A program made the position numbers and the translations under genes. This document shows positions 26,984-39,935 of a DNA stretch of 64,000 nucleotides, in pieces. The number at the start of each line of letters is the position of its first letter. Positions within the stretch are counted from its first letter, which is position 1. Origin of the DNA: Stegostoma tigrinum (Eukaryota); contig NC_081369.1 of assembly GCF_030684315.1 (NCBI RefSeq), positions 9,834,035 to 9,898,034 of the forward strand. Direction: 5' to 3'. The notes beneath the pieces were generated by a model. The model saw only the letters and a list, made by a program, of their open reading frames with translations, was not told the origin of the DNA and did not search any database.

Positions 26984-28230
26984 TAGAACATAGAACATAG
27001 AACATTACAGCACAGTACAGGCCCTTCAGCACTCGATGTTGTGCCGACCTGTCATGCTGATCTCAAGCCCATCTAACCTACACTATTCCATGTACATCCA
27101 TATGCTTGTCCAATGACGACTTAAATGTACCTAAAGTTGGCGAATCTACTACGGGCAAAGCGTTCCATTCCCTTACTACTCTCTGAGTAAAGAAACTACC
27201 TCTGACATCTGTCCTATATCTTTCACCCCTCAATTTAAAGCTATGCCCCCTCGTGCTCGCCGTCACCATCCTAGGAAAAAGGCTCTCCCTATCCACCCTA
27301 TCTAACCCTCTGATTATTTTATATGTTTCAATTAAGTCACCTCTCGACCTTCTTCTCTCTAACGAAAACAGCCTCAAGTCCCTCAGCCTTTCTTCGTAGG
27401 ACCTTCCCTCCACACCAGGCAACATCCTAGTAAATCTCCTCTGCACCCTTTCCAAAGCTTCCACATCCTTCTTATAATGTGATGACGAGAACTGTACGCA
27501 ATACTCCAAGTGCGGCTGCACCAGAGTTTTGTACAGCTTCACCATAACCTCTTGGTTCTGGAACGCAATCCCTCTATTAATAAAAGCTAAAACACTGTAT
27601 GCCTTCTTAACAGCCCTGTCAACCTGTGTGGCAACTTTCAAGGATCTGTGTACACGGACACCGAGATCTCTCTGTTCATCTACACTGATAAGAATCTTAT
27701 CATTAGCCCAGTACTTTGCCTTCCGGTTACTCCTACCAAAGTGCATCACCTTACACTTGTCTGCATTAAACTCCATTTGCCACCTCTCAGCCCAGCTCTG
27801 CAGCTTATCTATGTCTCTCTGCAATCTAAAGCATCCTTTGTCACTATCCACAATTCCACCGACAGTGTCGTCTGCAAATTTACTAACCCATCCTTCTACG
27901 CCCTCATCCAGGTCATTTATAAAAATAACAAACAGCAGTGGACCCAACACCGACCCTTGCGGTACACCACTAGTAACTTGTCTCCAGGATGAACGTTTCC
28001 CATCAACTACCACCCTCTGTCTTCTTTCAGCAAGCCAATTTCCGATTCAAACTGCTATATCTCCCACAATTCCATTCCTCCGCATTTTGTACAATAGCCC
28101 ACGGTGGGGAACCTTATCGAACGCCTTGCTGAAATCCATATACACCACATCAACCGGTTTACTCTCATCTACCTGTTTGGTCACCTTCTCAAAGAACTCA
28201 ATAAGGTTTGTGAGGCACGACCTACCCTTC
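26984..28230 (-). mobile_element. CR1-type LINE 3' end (RT), young, 5'-truncated
   Basis: ORF 27078-28013 has VTSGVPQGSVLGPLLFVIFINDL, KFADD, LEYCVQF and LERVQRRFTRM; tandem TAGAACA tail repeats at about 26984-27004. Confidence 0.95.
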
Positions 28231-30982
28231 AGAAAACAAAAAAAAAGCCGAATATTTTATTCTGAACTCGATCATTCTGGGAAACACAACTGATGTGAAT
28301 GTACTAACATTTGTGAGCATGATTCCCTAACTCACAGCAGCTACCATTTCACTTCTCCACTTGACATTCACACTGATCGCTCTGTGCTCGGTGCGTCGTT
28401 GTGTTCCAATAATGTTCACCGATAGCTGCGCAAAGAGCGTCTTGTGGTTCGATTAGGGTCATTACAGTCTTACGGAGAAAAACACTGAGTTTATCAGTTC
28501 TTGAAAGCAATCTTGCGTTTTTTTTTTGCTCATATTACAACAGTGTACCTTTTCAAGGGTATGCATTCTGTCTCGTTTTTCCTTTTCGCGCATTGCCATT
28601 CTCTTTCGCTATATACGAGTAGCTTTCTGAATGTCCATCACTTGTGTTCCCCATTTCAGAGGCCTCCTTATGCGCCATTTTTAACTCTCTGTCACAACGT
28701 GTCACGCTTTTGAACTTTACGAATGTCTAATGAAAGATTGCTGTTCTTGGAAAGTTACTCGAATTCTTCTTCCACCTGTGCTGTCTGATCTGCTGAGCAT
28801 TTGCACTTTCTGGTACATTGCACGCAGCAAGGAAATGGCACTTGATCACATATCAAGTGCAAGGTGTCCGATTCCAGATCTGTTATGACTTCATTAAACC
28901 GAGAAAAACCTGGGAGTGTTACACAAAGAAGTTTTATTTCTGTGTGACGATGCATAACCAAATCTCCAGTCATTAACCCCAATGTGGCTCATTAAGAGTG
29001 TCAACAGATACTGAAAGATCATGAATGTATTTCAAAGATTTAATTTTTAATCTCCATTTTCGGGTTTTCATTCCACCAATTTAAATTTACCTTTGTATGA
29101 GATCTTACTGACACCTGACCCTGCTATTGCGCTCTTTACTACTTAGTGAGAATTACCCGTTGTAAATCGTCGTGCGGTTGTGTTCTTCAAACACCACAAA
29201 CAATTACGACACACATTTGCGCCTGTGTGTGACGATTTATTTCTGCTCCAGTTTCATCTATATTTAACTTCTTTGGAAGTTATTATTGGAAGTCGGCACA
29301 TGGAAAACAGTGCCGTACATAGATGTCATATACTCGTAAATTATTAGGATATCATGAGGGGGAGCAATTAAAGTGACCAATGATTCTCCTGCAACCAAAT
29401 TGTCAACCGAAAATCGCTGCTTTAGATCAAGCCGAGGCAAAGAGGAATTTCACATGCCCACGGCAATATTAAAGATCTCACAGTTATGATTAGAGAGTAT
29501 AATGAACCATTTATTGGTATAACTTGCAGAACTCTGTCCTGAATCAGTTAAAATGTGAGGTCACCTTGCGTTTCCCGGCTTGACCTGTCACCAGAGGGGT
29601 TCTTGTGCAGCAGTGACAGTTTCCCCATTTCCGAGCCAACAAATCGATGTGAAACAGGTTGTAGTCATGAATCATAACTTCTCTAAACGGGTTGATTGGA
29701 AAATGACAAAACCTGCCGCCTTTCCTGCTCCACACTCCGATGAACAACGATAATTCGCTCAAAGATATTTGGGGATGGAAAACACTCTTACCTTGCTCCG
29801 AATGTTCATAAATGCTAGTTTTAAAAAAAGGCAAACAGACAGAATGATTCACGTTCTAACGATTGACAAGAGAAGAGAAATGGACGTAAAAGTAAATGTC
29901 GAGGGTGTGTTTGCAATATTTCGAAGGTGGGAGACAGGTGGCTCATAAAACATAAGGCAAGTAAATTATATGAAACTAGTCCCAGCCTTGAGATATATGC
30001 TCAACTCTGAGGCATGTCAAGGCCTTAAATTGGACATCAGAAGCTCCTTAGCGGAATGTTATCAGGGCTGAGAAACTTCAGTGATGTGGAGGAAGTGGTG
30101 TTATTTTTGATAGAGGTTGGCGGCATTCAAGATTGTGAAAAGGTTTCGTGGCATAAACTAGCATAAAAGTTTTGAAGACATAAAGTAATTAGGATAAAAC
30201 ATATTCTAGCAGATAACCCAGCAACTGGAAGTCAGATTGTTAAAAGGCCCAGAGGCTTTTGAATTTCACAGTCGCAGTGAGTCCCAGCCTAAACGTTTCT
30301 GCTGAGGAACAAATGTTCGTCCAAATGCGTAGATGTCGGTTACCACCTGGATTCCCGAATGACTTTCGTCTACTAATTCAGGACAAATAGTTCCATTCAG
30401 CAAACTGCCACTTGCAACAAGCTGAAAGTCTATAAAACTTGACCTTACTTTCAGTAAAGTTCTCTTGCTCCGTGAACGCTGTACAAGCTTGTTTCCCCTC
30501 GCTATTCCATCTCCTGGTATCACCAAACACATTGTTGAGATTATTTATTGTGGTTTGAGTGGACTAGTAGCTCCAAAAGAAAACGATTCGGAAATAAGTG
30601 TAATTGTCCTCATCAGTACTGACATAGGAAAAAAAAAGATGAACATAGTTATCAATCCAGTGGTTCCTGCTGGAAACTTGGGTGATCGGAGGATATTACA
30701 TATAATGGTTGCAAGAACCTCAGAGATCCCAGGATAATTAGTTGCTTGCGTGAAGAGGAATGGTTTAGATGAAGGAGCTAGATTACTGCGGCCTGAAACG
30801 GCATTTTCAACATTAAACGAACGATAAAATGTAAATGTTGACAAAGGAGTTCTTTCCGTAACCGTGTCCCTGTGGCGATTGAAAACAAAGGGAAACTGTC
30901 GATCTTCTATGGAAACATTTGAGCAGTAAATTAGGAGGAGACCGCCAACCTTACCGACTCCCACAGGGTAGTACAACCATAT

Positions 30983-31019
30983 CCAATATGCCGCAACAGT
31001 CAAGTGATAAGTTACGTCA
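30983..31019 (+). promoter_or_regulatory. Candidate proximal promoter motifs (CCAAT, GATA, CRE-like)
   Basis: CCAAT 30983-30987, TGATAA 31005-31010, TTACGTCA 31012-31019, 120-160 nt upstream of the ATG; motif matches only. Confidence 0.3.
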
Positions 31020-31139
31020 CAGTCTCACGTTTAACCCACATATTTAGCACTGAAACTCATTTGACCCAACCCAAACCAAAACCAGTCAGAATTCTGCCGT
31101 CGTTGACAGCAAGGAGCTCACTCTCTAATTGTTTGCAAG

Positions 31140-31194
31140 ATGTTATTGAGACCAGTGGTTCTGTTCATGGCTCTTCCGGTTATGACTTGGCCAG
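31140..31194 (+). CDS. IgSF receptor exon 1: signal peptide (MLLRPVVLFMALPVMTWP)
   Basis: ATG at 31140, hydrophobic 18-codon leader, phase-1 donor CAG|GTACTC at 31194/31195; joins in frame to the V exon. Confidence 0.8.
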
Positions 31195-31408
31195 GTACTC
31201 TTAAATGCTACGAAGTGCCCTCTTCGTGTAATTTAGACTGTGTTTCATATTCACAGCTACTGTGCGTTGCAATGTTAGATGCTATGCTTCTCTAATCCGA
31301 TGCGCGTAATTGTTCTCAAAAGTTTCTTCTATTTTAGCCCTCCTTTGTTTTATTTACTTTGTAGTCTGCAGCTATTATTACAATTCCTACTTGTTTTATT
31401 TTTAATAG

Positions 31409-31714
31409 TCACGAAAGTAACTTCGAGCAAAGTAGAACAGTTTCCCAAACACGTAAAGTCGGCCAAAGGTGACAACGTTTCCATGTTCTGCACATTTCCC
31501 ATATCTGAAACTGTTCCTGAAGTATTTTGGTGGAGACGCAATGAGGAATCTTTTCTGGAACCCGACAACAGAAAGCGATTTCATGTCCAGAAAGGAAGCG
31601 GATCACTTCATATCATCAATGTCACTGTTGCAGACTCCGGAATGTATTATTGCAAAATAAAACATCAGCAAACTCTCATTGGAGATGGAAGTGGCTCGAC
31701 GCTGACAGTGTGCG
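31409..31714 (+). CDS. IgSF receptor exon 2: V-set domain with integral J-like G strand
   Basis: Acceptor TTTTATTTTTAATAG and donor G|GTAAGT; 306 nt, phase 1-1. Encodes VEQFP..GDNVSMFC..EVFWWR..GSLHIINVTVADSGMYYC..IGDGSGSTLTVC (B-strand Cys, C-strand Trp, DxGxYxC, GxGxxLTV). Confidence 0.95.
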
Positions 31715-32288
31715 GTAAGTGACACTTGCAGGGGCAGACAACTCTTCAGCTGCTTCGTGTAATTTATGTGGCCTGAGGCTTTATAATTCGATGAAAATCC
31801 AATGATAGCGTATTCACTTCACACCTTCAGGGGCAAATCTTTCCAGCTTTATAGCTTCGCTATACAACGGACTTTGATTCGCTTTCGCCCGTTTTGCGCC
31901 TTTTCTAAAGATCAATTCGACCGCTCATTGCGATCATGACCCTGCACAGTGCCGTTCATGCAGTGAGTGCAGAAACGGTTGCTATAGCGTCAAGGTAGTG
32001 AAACAGAACAACTGTTCAAATCCTACGGCGAAATTAATTGATGAAATACCATGAAATAAAGAACTGCGAATGCTAGAAATCTGAAAGGAAAAGAAATTGC
32101 TGGAGAAATTCAGAATGCCTGGCCCCATCTGTGTGAGTTACGTTTCGAGTCCAGTGATCCTTCTTCAGAAGGGCTCTGAACAAAGGTCCCTGGGCTCGAA
32201 ATATCAGCGGCCTTTTCGCTTCACAGATAGCCTCAAAATAAGGGGGCGGGATTTCGTTCAGTGTCGAGGAAGGATTTCTTCATTCGAA

Positions 32289-32850
32289 GAACAAAGAACA
32301 AAGAAAATTACAGCACAGGAACAGGCTCTTCGTCCCTCCAAGTCTGCAACAATGCAGATCTTCCGTCTAAACCTGTTATCTATTTCCTAAGGCTCTGTAT
32401 CCCTTTGCTCCCTGCCCATCCATGTACCTGTCCAGATACATCTTCGAAGACACTATCGTGTCTGCGTCTAACACCTCCGCTGGCAAGGCGTTCCAGGCAC
32501 CCACCACCCTCTGCGTAAAGAACTTTCCACGCATATCTCCTCTAAACTTTCCTCCTCTCACTTTGAACTCATGACCCCTGGTAATTGAGCCCCCACTCTG
32601 GGGTAAAAAAAGCTTCTTGCTATCCACCTTGTCTATACCCCTCATGATTTTATAGACCTCAATCAGGCCCCCCGTCAATCTCCGTCTTTCTAATGAAAAT
32701 AATCCTAAACTACTCAACCTTTATTCATAGCTAGCGCCCTCCATACCAGGCAATATCCTGGTGAATCTTTTCTGCACCCTCTCCAAAGCGTCCACATCCT
32801 TTTGGTAATGTGGCCACCAGAACTGCGCGCACTACTCTAAACGTGGCCGA
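32289..32850 (-). mobile_element. CR1-type LINE 3' end in intron 2
   Basis: LGLFSLERRRLTGGLIEVYKIMRG..FFTQRVVGAWNALP; GAACAAA tail repeats. Confidence 0.9.
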
Positions 32851-34913
32851 AGAGTTGCGAATCTGTGGAATTCCCTACCCAATGAAGCAGTTAAGGCGTC
32901 ACCGTTAAATGTTATTCAGGCACAGAACGATTTTTGAACAGTATAGGAATTAAGGATTATGGTGAGTGAGCGGTAAGTGGACCTCAGTCGGCCATGATAT
33001 TATTGAATGGCGGAGGTGCCTCAACGGGCTAAATATTCCTATTTCTTATAGTCTTACGTTATTACGTTCCGATGCTGCCAAACCTGCAGAGTTTCTCCAG
33101 CAATTTCTGTTTTTGTGTCATGGCGGAAATTCTCGGTTTACCACTAATCGAAGTAATGGTGCTAAAATGCGAGATTGGAAACAATATTGATAGAAAATCA
33201 AAGTGCTATGGATAGTGGATGTTTGGAATACGAGTACAAATGACTTGAAACGTGTCTGAACATCGACAGAGGCAGTGCGAGCATAAGAATTAGAACACAA
33301 GCCATTCGTTCCTCAACTCTACTCAGCCACTCAATAACATTTTGCCTGATCTGATTGTAGTCAAACGGCGTTTTCCTATCCACCGCGATACCCCTGGATG
33401 CCCTAGTTAATCAAAAACACAATTAACATTTCAGGTCACAATCTTTCTTGAGAACAATTATAACACGTCCCACATTATTTTTATAACAGATTATAAATGC
33501 CGTCCTAATAGGCATCTCCAACATGCATTCACTTTCAATTTAGGTGAATGATATAATACCACAGCAAGTAATATCCCACCAACACAGAGTAAATTTTCAA
33601 CGTGTCAATTGCCGATCGAACCGTTCTAGGCCAAATTGTCCAAACTTTGAGATGCATATGAAGGGAAATTAATCCTGTGGATCAAGGGAATAGAATAAAA
33701 CTGGACAAACTGAGTTGAGTTACAGTACAACCATAACCGAAGTAAATGGCAGAGTAAGTCGTGGTGGTGTGGATTTGATGGACCAAATGTCCTTCTTCAA
33801 CACTGTAGGGATTCTGCAGTTCGATTAAAGAAATGCAAAGCGCTTCGGCTGCACATTTTTTCCAATACTAAGATGCTCGAAACGCTAACTTTAAAAAAAC
33901 GCAAATGAATCGCATGATCCTATAAGAGGGAAATCTTTGATCTTGCCCTTAACATTAGATTCTATCCCCAGTCGTGAGGCTTACAGGACAGTGAAGATAC
34001 CCATTTCGTCTGTGGTTCGCCACACGGACTTTCTGTGATGCATGCACAACTGGGATAGTGAATGAAGGACTGTACCAAGCATACACAAAGACCTTTCTGG
34101 TGTCCTGTGTTTGTGATTTATTTTTCCGATGCAGCGTGATTCGCCACCGGAGACCAAGATAACACTTTTTTTTGTCTAAATGGGATTTCTGTAATATCTA
34201 AAGCAGATCGGCGGGGAAAATTGAAACATTCTCTACCTTTGACGGCAATAAAACCTTGAAACAAATATGGAAATGAATAAAATATCTCACTCAAAATCAA
34301 GCACCATAAACAAGCCGAGAAGGCATGCTAAGGATATTTGAAATAATAAGTAGCAGAACAATACAAACCCAGGATCATTACTTCCAGCTAAGTATGGAGG
34401 GCGGATCGAGAGGGTGCAAGTTTATTTTAGTAATTTGTTAAGGTGGCATTGATATTTCGTTGGGATGTGGGTAGTTCAGGCGAAGGCGGAAATACGAATC
34501 GATTGTTGGATCATGCTCAAAGTGTCGAATAGCCTTTCCATCGGAATGGCCTAGTTCGGCTCCTAATTCCCCTGTTTCCACCAGGGAGAATCTCCTCCAG
34601 GGAAAGGAAAAACAAACATGCCCAACAAATGAATGCACTTTCAGATGGACAAATCCCTTGGAATTATTTTAAATGTTGCACTTTACCAAAGATTTTCCGC
34701 CCGGGTTCATCCTTGCTGTGCATTGTTTGGAAAACATCCTAACATTATGCGGTGTACTTTTAAAAATAAATGCAAAGACCAAGGTCAAAATCGATAACAA
34801 GGAAAATTGTTGTCGCATCATGAATAAAGTGAGATGGGATGGGGATGCGGACGGAGTGGACAGGAGGAAACAAAAGGGATGTTGGTTAATTAAAAAAAAA
34901 CTTTCTGTTATAG

Positions 34914-35210
34914 TTCCCCCGACCGACTTGAAAATCGTTCTCGTTGAAGGAACTTCAGGGAATTACATGAAATTCGAGTGCAAAACGACCGCCTTTTACC
35001 CTGAGGATGCACGAATCTCCTGGCAAAAAGATGGTGTTAAAATTCAGGCTGGAACAGAAACTGTGGAAAACAAGACAGTGGATGGTCTCTATGAAGCTAC
35101 TAGTTCGTTGGAAGAAGCACAGCCGGTGCAAAGCGGTGTAGTTTATAGCTGCCTGATATCTCACGAATGTCTTAAGGCGCCCGTCAGCGTCAGCTACACT
35201 TTTAATCGAG
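34914..35210 (+). CDS. IgSF receptor exon 3: C1-set domain
   Basis: Acceptor CTTTCTGTTATAG and donor G|GTAAGA; 297 nt, phase 1-1. Encodes VPPTDLKI..FECKTTAFYPEDARISWQKDG..DGLYEATSSL..YSCLISHECL (C..FYP..W and YxCxxxH C1 signatures). Confidence 0.95.
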
Positions 35211-36306
35211 GTAAGATTGAACATGTTCCCAAAATGGCGTTTGGGTCCGTGATGGCGGCGGGAGGGCAGTGGGGTAGGAAAGAACTTAAACGTGTATTTT
35301 TAAGGGTGTCCGGTGTTCATTCACAATGCCACAGAAATGGAAACAAAACAAAATATTTTAAGGTCGCTTGGGGATACCGGAGGGTGAATCGATCTCTGGA
35401 TGACCTGAAATGGGAGGTTGATGGGAAAACTGCTCAAACTTTGATAAATCGACAATGTTTAATTGCTGAGTGAAATGAAAGTTCAGATTAAATTGATCCA
35501 TTCCGCCTAAGTACCTTTTACAAGCTGTACACGTATATTGTCTATCCTGTACAGCTAACCTCCGCCAACAACGCCTTCAATTGTCTTTATCCTAAACTTG
35601 GAAAATTCCGGCCTCTCCGTATACCGCTGTGGCTTTCTTTGTTTAAGACGCTTCTTCATCCTTAATTCTGCCTCTCCTAGGACTACTTTATGTATGGCTG
35701 ATAATGCTCTGTGAAGTGTCTTAGAATTATTTTTAACACGGCTGAAGGAACAGTATAACTGCAAATTGATACTGTTACAGGTACTAAAATTTGCAGTCGG
35801 TGTTGTCCGGGAAGGCTGGAGAAGGGCGTCATAAAGCGTACAAAATCCTCTCAGGTCTTGCCAGGCTACATAAGGAAAGGATAGTCTCCTGGTTGATGGT
35901 TTGGAATCTGAAAAAGAATAGTTTCAAAATAAGGGGCAGGTCATTTATTACTGAGGTGAAGACGAATTTCGTGAACCATAAACTTGGGAATTCAGAATCT
36001 CCCTCCCCTGCCCCACGCCGCTCCCTCTCCACAATCCACCACAATGCCGGAAAAGCTGGCCAATCAATTTATAAAATACTGAGATCGACAGATATGCAGA
36101 CGTTAAATGATATGTAAATATTACAAGTCAATAACTGGAAGTTCAACCATGATATAGTCGAACATAGTTGGAGCGTGCTCGAAGATCCCAGTGTTTAACC
36201 CATCCCTGTCGTTATGCTCCTTAGTAACCGCAATTAGGAACAGACAACTTTGCCGGATCTTGCAATTGTTATGCATCTATCTGGTTTAAGACAATGAGTA
36301 AATAAG

Positions 36307-36531
36307 TGCAGAGATAACAAAGTGTGGAACTGGATGAACACAGCAGGCCAAGCAGCATCTTAGGAGCGCAAAAGCTGAGGTTTCGGGCCTAGACCCTTCA
36401 TCAGAAAAGGGGAATGGGGACTTCACCAGAAAAGGGGAATGGGGAGAGGAAGGCTGCTTGGCCTGCTGTGTTCATCCAGCTCCACACTTTGTTATCTCGG
36501 ATTCTCCAGCATCTGCAGTTCGCATTATCTC
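36307..36531. repeat. Inverted dimer of the Penelope terminal unit (intron 3)
   Basis: 12-bp TSD TGAGTAAATAAG at 36295-36306 and 36532-36543. Confidence 0.85.
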
Positions 36532-36845
36532 TGAGTAAATAAGCGTAAATTCCTTTACTCACAGCAAACAACCCTCCTATGCAGCGAGATGTTTCTCTCG
36601 CCTTTAAGTCGTGAAATGTGTCTTCTACATAACATGCATTGCTGAGCTGCTGAGTTGATGTCCACGAATGCACTTTATTGCCCTTGTGTAGTTATTCCTA
36701 TCAAAATTAAAACGCTCCAACTTGGCTAATGGTAGGGTTATCCTGGGAGACATCTTTGTAATTTGTTACCCTGTGCATGATTCTGTGCGCATGTAACTCG
36801 TTGTGTTTCACAATTGTTCACTTCCATCAACTGTTGATCCTGTAG

Positions 36846-36950
36846 GTGAAGACATCAACGTTCCAATGATTGCTGGATGTGCAGGAGGGACATTGGCAAT
36901 GCTGCTATTCATAATATGTTTGATGACATGCAAGTTGAAGGCATGGGCTG
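36846..36950 (+). CDS. IgSF receptor exon 4: transmembrane segment
   Basis: Acceptor ATCCTGTAG and donor G|GTAAGA; 105 nt, phase 1-1. Encodes GEDINVPMIAGCAGGTLAMLLFIICLMTCKLKAWA, an uncharged hydrophobic span followed by KLK. Confidence 0.9.
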
Positions 36951-37349
36951 GTAAGAATCTTTCATATTTGGCTGGGTACATTTTGTTTCCTCAGTTCCAG
37001 CGTAAAAGCATGAAGAGCGTGTGATATATCAAGGGCTGTGACTTTACATTGTGCAAATGAGAACCTAACGCAGATCTGAAATGCAAACATTTCACCTTCT
37101 TATCCGAACTGTACGCTTGGCTTTTTCATGACCATATTGCTACAATCGAAATTATTGTTCAATGCGGATCTAGTTCCTAAACAGGAAAATGTCTGAGTCA
37201 GATATTGACTTTCGGCATTAAAGTGAATGTTTTCGAAATGGCGGCTAGATGCGCATATCTTCAGATTTTATTTCCGATGTATGTTGTGGCGTCAGTGGGC
37301 CGCTGACCCACATTCTGCACTATCACACGGAGATAAACTGTCCATCATT

Positions 37350-38175
37350 TGGTGCAACGCAATGTGAGCAATGAGCTGGTGGAGCTGGTGCGTTTGGCTG
37401 CAAACGTTTCGTCACCCTGCCAGATTATACCGTCAGAGCGCCTCCGCCGAAGAGTCGGGGTTCTGTCCCGATGGTTACTTGTATGCCTCAGTTTGTTGGG
37501 GTGTTTGGTGCCACTTCAGTTTCTCAGTGGTTTGCACACCGGGTCTACTTCAAAGTTTTTGTTGATGGAGTTCTGGTGAGAATACCAGGCCTTGAGGTAT
37601 CCCCTCGGGTGTCTCTCTTTGTCTTGCGCGATTATGGATGTGTTTTCCCCGTCGATCTCGTATCCCTCGTTGTCCGTGTGTAATGAGACAAGTGAGAAGT
37701 ATCACTTGGTGGCTTGAGTATGTGGTCCGTATGTGTGGTCTTTCACATACGCTAGTCTGGAGTTTCCCGTTGTTTTGCGTTCTACCATTGTAGTCAGGAC
37801 GGATAGTCGGTTGTTGTCCTCTTTTTATTGTGTGAATTTTATCCCGGTAAGTAACTTTTTTTACGTGGATGGGTTTTTTTCTAGTTTTGTGCCTTTGATA
37901 ATCTCAAAGGTGTCATCTACGCTTTGCAACTAACATTTAGGTTGTAGCGTGGGGAGCGCTGTCTGTTCGAACATTTTCACGACTGCTTCTGCTATCATTC
38001 CGGATATTGAGGATTCCACTGTTGTGCTGTTGATTTGTTTGTATGTGCCGTCGTTGAAAGTGAAGTGGGTTGTGAGGCACAGATCTCGTAGTTTCATGAT
38101 GCTGTCCTTGTCAATGTTTTTGGCGTCCTGCGGTGCCTGCCTACTTGAATCGTCCGGTAGTGCGGCAGTTGTCAC
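37350..38175 (-). mobile_element. Divergent Penelope-like element fragment in intron 4
   Basis: DLCLTTHFTFNDGTYKQINS..ISGMIAEAVV and a degenerate YVDDTF near 37910-37925; a different subfamily from the others. Confidence 0.75.
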
Positions 38176-38335
38176 TTTGGACAGACGATCTTACTGCAGT
38201 TAATACTGCTGAACACCAGTATACTGTAGATTTCCGTACTAAATTAAGAAAAAAGTTTCTAGCAACGAAGGCATAGCATTAGATTTTCTGATACATTGAT
38301 TGTTATTCACAGTGGATTTCTTTGCTTTCTATTAG

Positions 38336-38379
38336 GCAAACGGATAAATTCGATGGAAACAGGTCAGAATTTCGAGCGG
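38336..38379 (+). CDS. IgSF receptor exon 5: short cytoplasmic exon (GKRINSMETGQNFER)
   Basis: Acceptor TTTCTTTGCTTTCTATTAG and donor CGG|GTAAGG; 44 nt, converts phase 1 to the phase 0 required by exon 6. Confidence 0.7.
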
Positions 38380-39329
38380 GTAAGGCGACATTATTCTTTT
38401 CATTCCTAACAAAAATGGTAGAGGAGGTGGACTCATGGGAAGGATAGTAACGGATTTTATATTCATTCGAAATTATTTAGAATTCATAGAGCACAGAATT
38501 CTGCAGCAAGGGATGCATCGCCTGCGCCTCTGCCGCCTCTGTGAGATGTGTCAATTTGTTCCACTTTCACGTTATTTAGCTGCTTGTCTGATTTTTTTGT
38601 TTCAATCTAATTCCCTTTTGAAAGTTCCAATCGAATCTCTTTCTGTCACTTTCTGTTGATAGACAGCTTACTGCAACGGGGGTGTAGAAAAAGACTCTTC
38701 CCAGACGACAAGGGACCCTTCCAGCAAATCTCTTGTTATACGCCCTCGAAAACCTTGATACCTGCAAAACGTAGTGCCTGCAGTGAATGGTTTATAAGAT
38801 CTCAGCTCTTTCTGTGCTGTATGCTGGCTGCAGTGCGTGTCGGGACTGGGGGCTGGGTAGGAGCAGATGGATGCAATAATGGGTGTGGATATGTTAGAGT
38901 GTCAGGAGGAGAGTTTTTGTCAGGAATTGTTGGTCGCCACTTGGTGGATATAACTTTACAGAAGTGTAACGAGAACAGACTAACGCTTCTCTGTCAGCTC
39001 TTCTATTAGATTTGGCTAACTGCGGAAAAAGAAAACTAGCGTCGCCACAACAACGGCCAAGAGAGTTAGAGATAAATGAGGAAATAATAAATACCTATTT
39101 TTCATTGGCTAAATGTTAGAATGTGGGTAAATACATTAAACGCTCTGCGTTTCATACTTAGCACATTACTCCACACCACATTCGTGACATATTGGGCGCA
39201 AATCATTGAGAATTATCAGACTAAAATTGCGACATTGATTGTCTACTGTCTGCATATTTATCTTCTCAGGTTCAATTCCAATCGATGATGTTTGGCTAAA
39301 AAAAAAATCAAATTCGCTGCTGTTATAGC

Positions 39330-39800
39330 CATGGAGTCACACAACCCGGAAAGAGACCCTTCAGACCAACCAGTCCATGCCAAACGCATTCCTAAACTGA
39401 TCTCCCATCTGCCCTCTCCAGGCCCATATCCCTCCAAACATACTCTATTCATGTACTTATCCGTTGCCATTGTACCCACATTCACCACTTCCTCAGGTAT
39501 TTCATTCCACACGTAAACGATCCTCTTTGGAAATAAACGGCCTCCACTTTATTTTTACATTTCTTTCCTCTCGCCTTAACATGCCCCCGCGGTCTTGATT
39601 TCCCCTCTCCAGGAAGATGACAACTATAATTAACTCCATCTATGCACCTCATTATTTTATAGACTTCTATAAGGTCGCCGCTGAACCTTTTGTGCTCCAC
39701 TGTAAAACAAATCCCAGCCGAGCCACTTTTCTTTATAACTCAAACCATCCATGCCCAGCAATATACTGGTAAATCTCTTCTGAACCTTGTCCAGCTTTAA
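39330..39800 (-). mobile_element. CR1-type LINE 3' end abutting the exon 6 acceptor
   Basis: KLDKVQKRFTSILLGM, GDLIEVYKIMR, WNEIPEEVV. Confidence 0.85.
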
Positions 39801-39824
39801 ATATTTCATTTTTGTTTTCACTAG

Positions 39825-39935
39825 CTTAGACATGAAAGAACTGAAGAAAATGTCGCCTATGCTACCGTAAACTTGACAGATGACAAGGGTAAATCCAAAC
39901 ACGGGCTCAAAGAAGAACACATTGTCTATTACCAG
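39825..39935 (+). CDS. IgSF receptor exon 6: cytoplasmic, ITIM VAYATV plus IVYYQ
   Basis: Acceptor TTTTTGTTTTCACTAG and donor CAG|GTAAGA; 111 nt, phase 0-0. Encodes LRHERTEENVAYATVNLTDDKGKSKHGLKEEHIVYYQ. Confidence 0.85.

Noticed and set aside
27529-28293. 254-aa + strand ORF and similar long ORFs overlapping repeats
   Set aside because: Antisense or alternate frames of CR1 and Penelope coding sequence.
30545-31003. 152-aa antisense ORF upstream of the receptor gene
   Set aside because: No recognisable domain, non-ATG start, no supporting exon structure.
31945-31983. Perfect RSS heptamer CACAGTG downstream of the V exon
   Set aside because: It lies 230 nt into the intron. The only nonamer-like string (GCAGAAACG) is at a 17-nt spacer, not 12 or 23, and the V exon already includes its J-like strand and splice donor.
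34673-35473. 266-aa ORF as a single-exon gene
   Set aside because: Only 34914-35210 is Ig-like and bounded by splice sites; the rest is intronic read-through.
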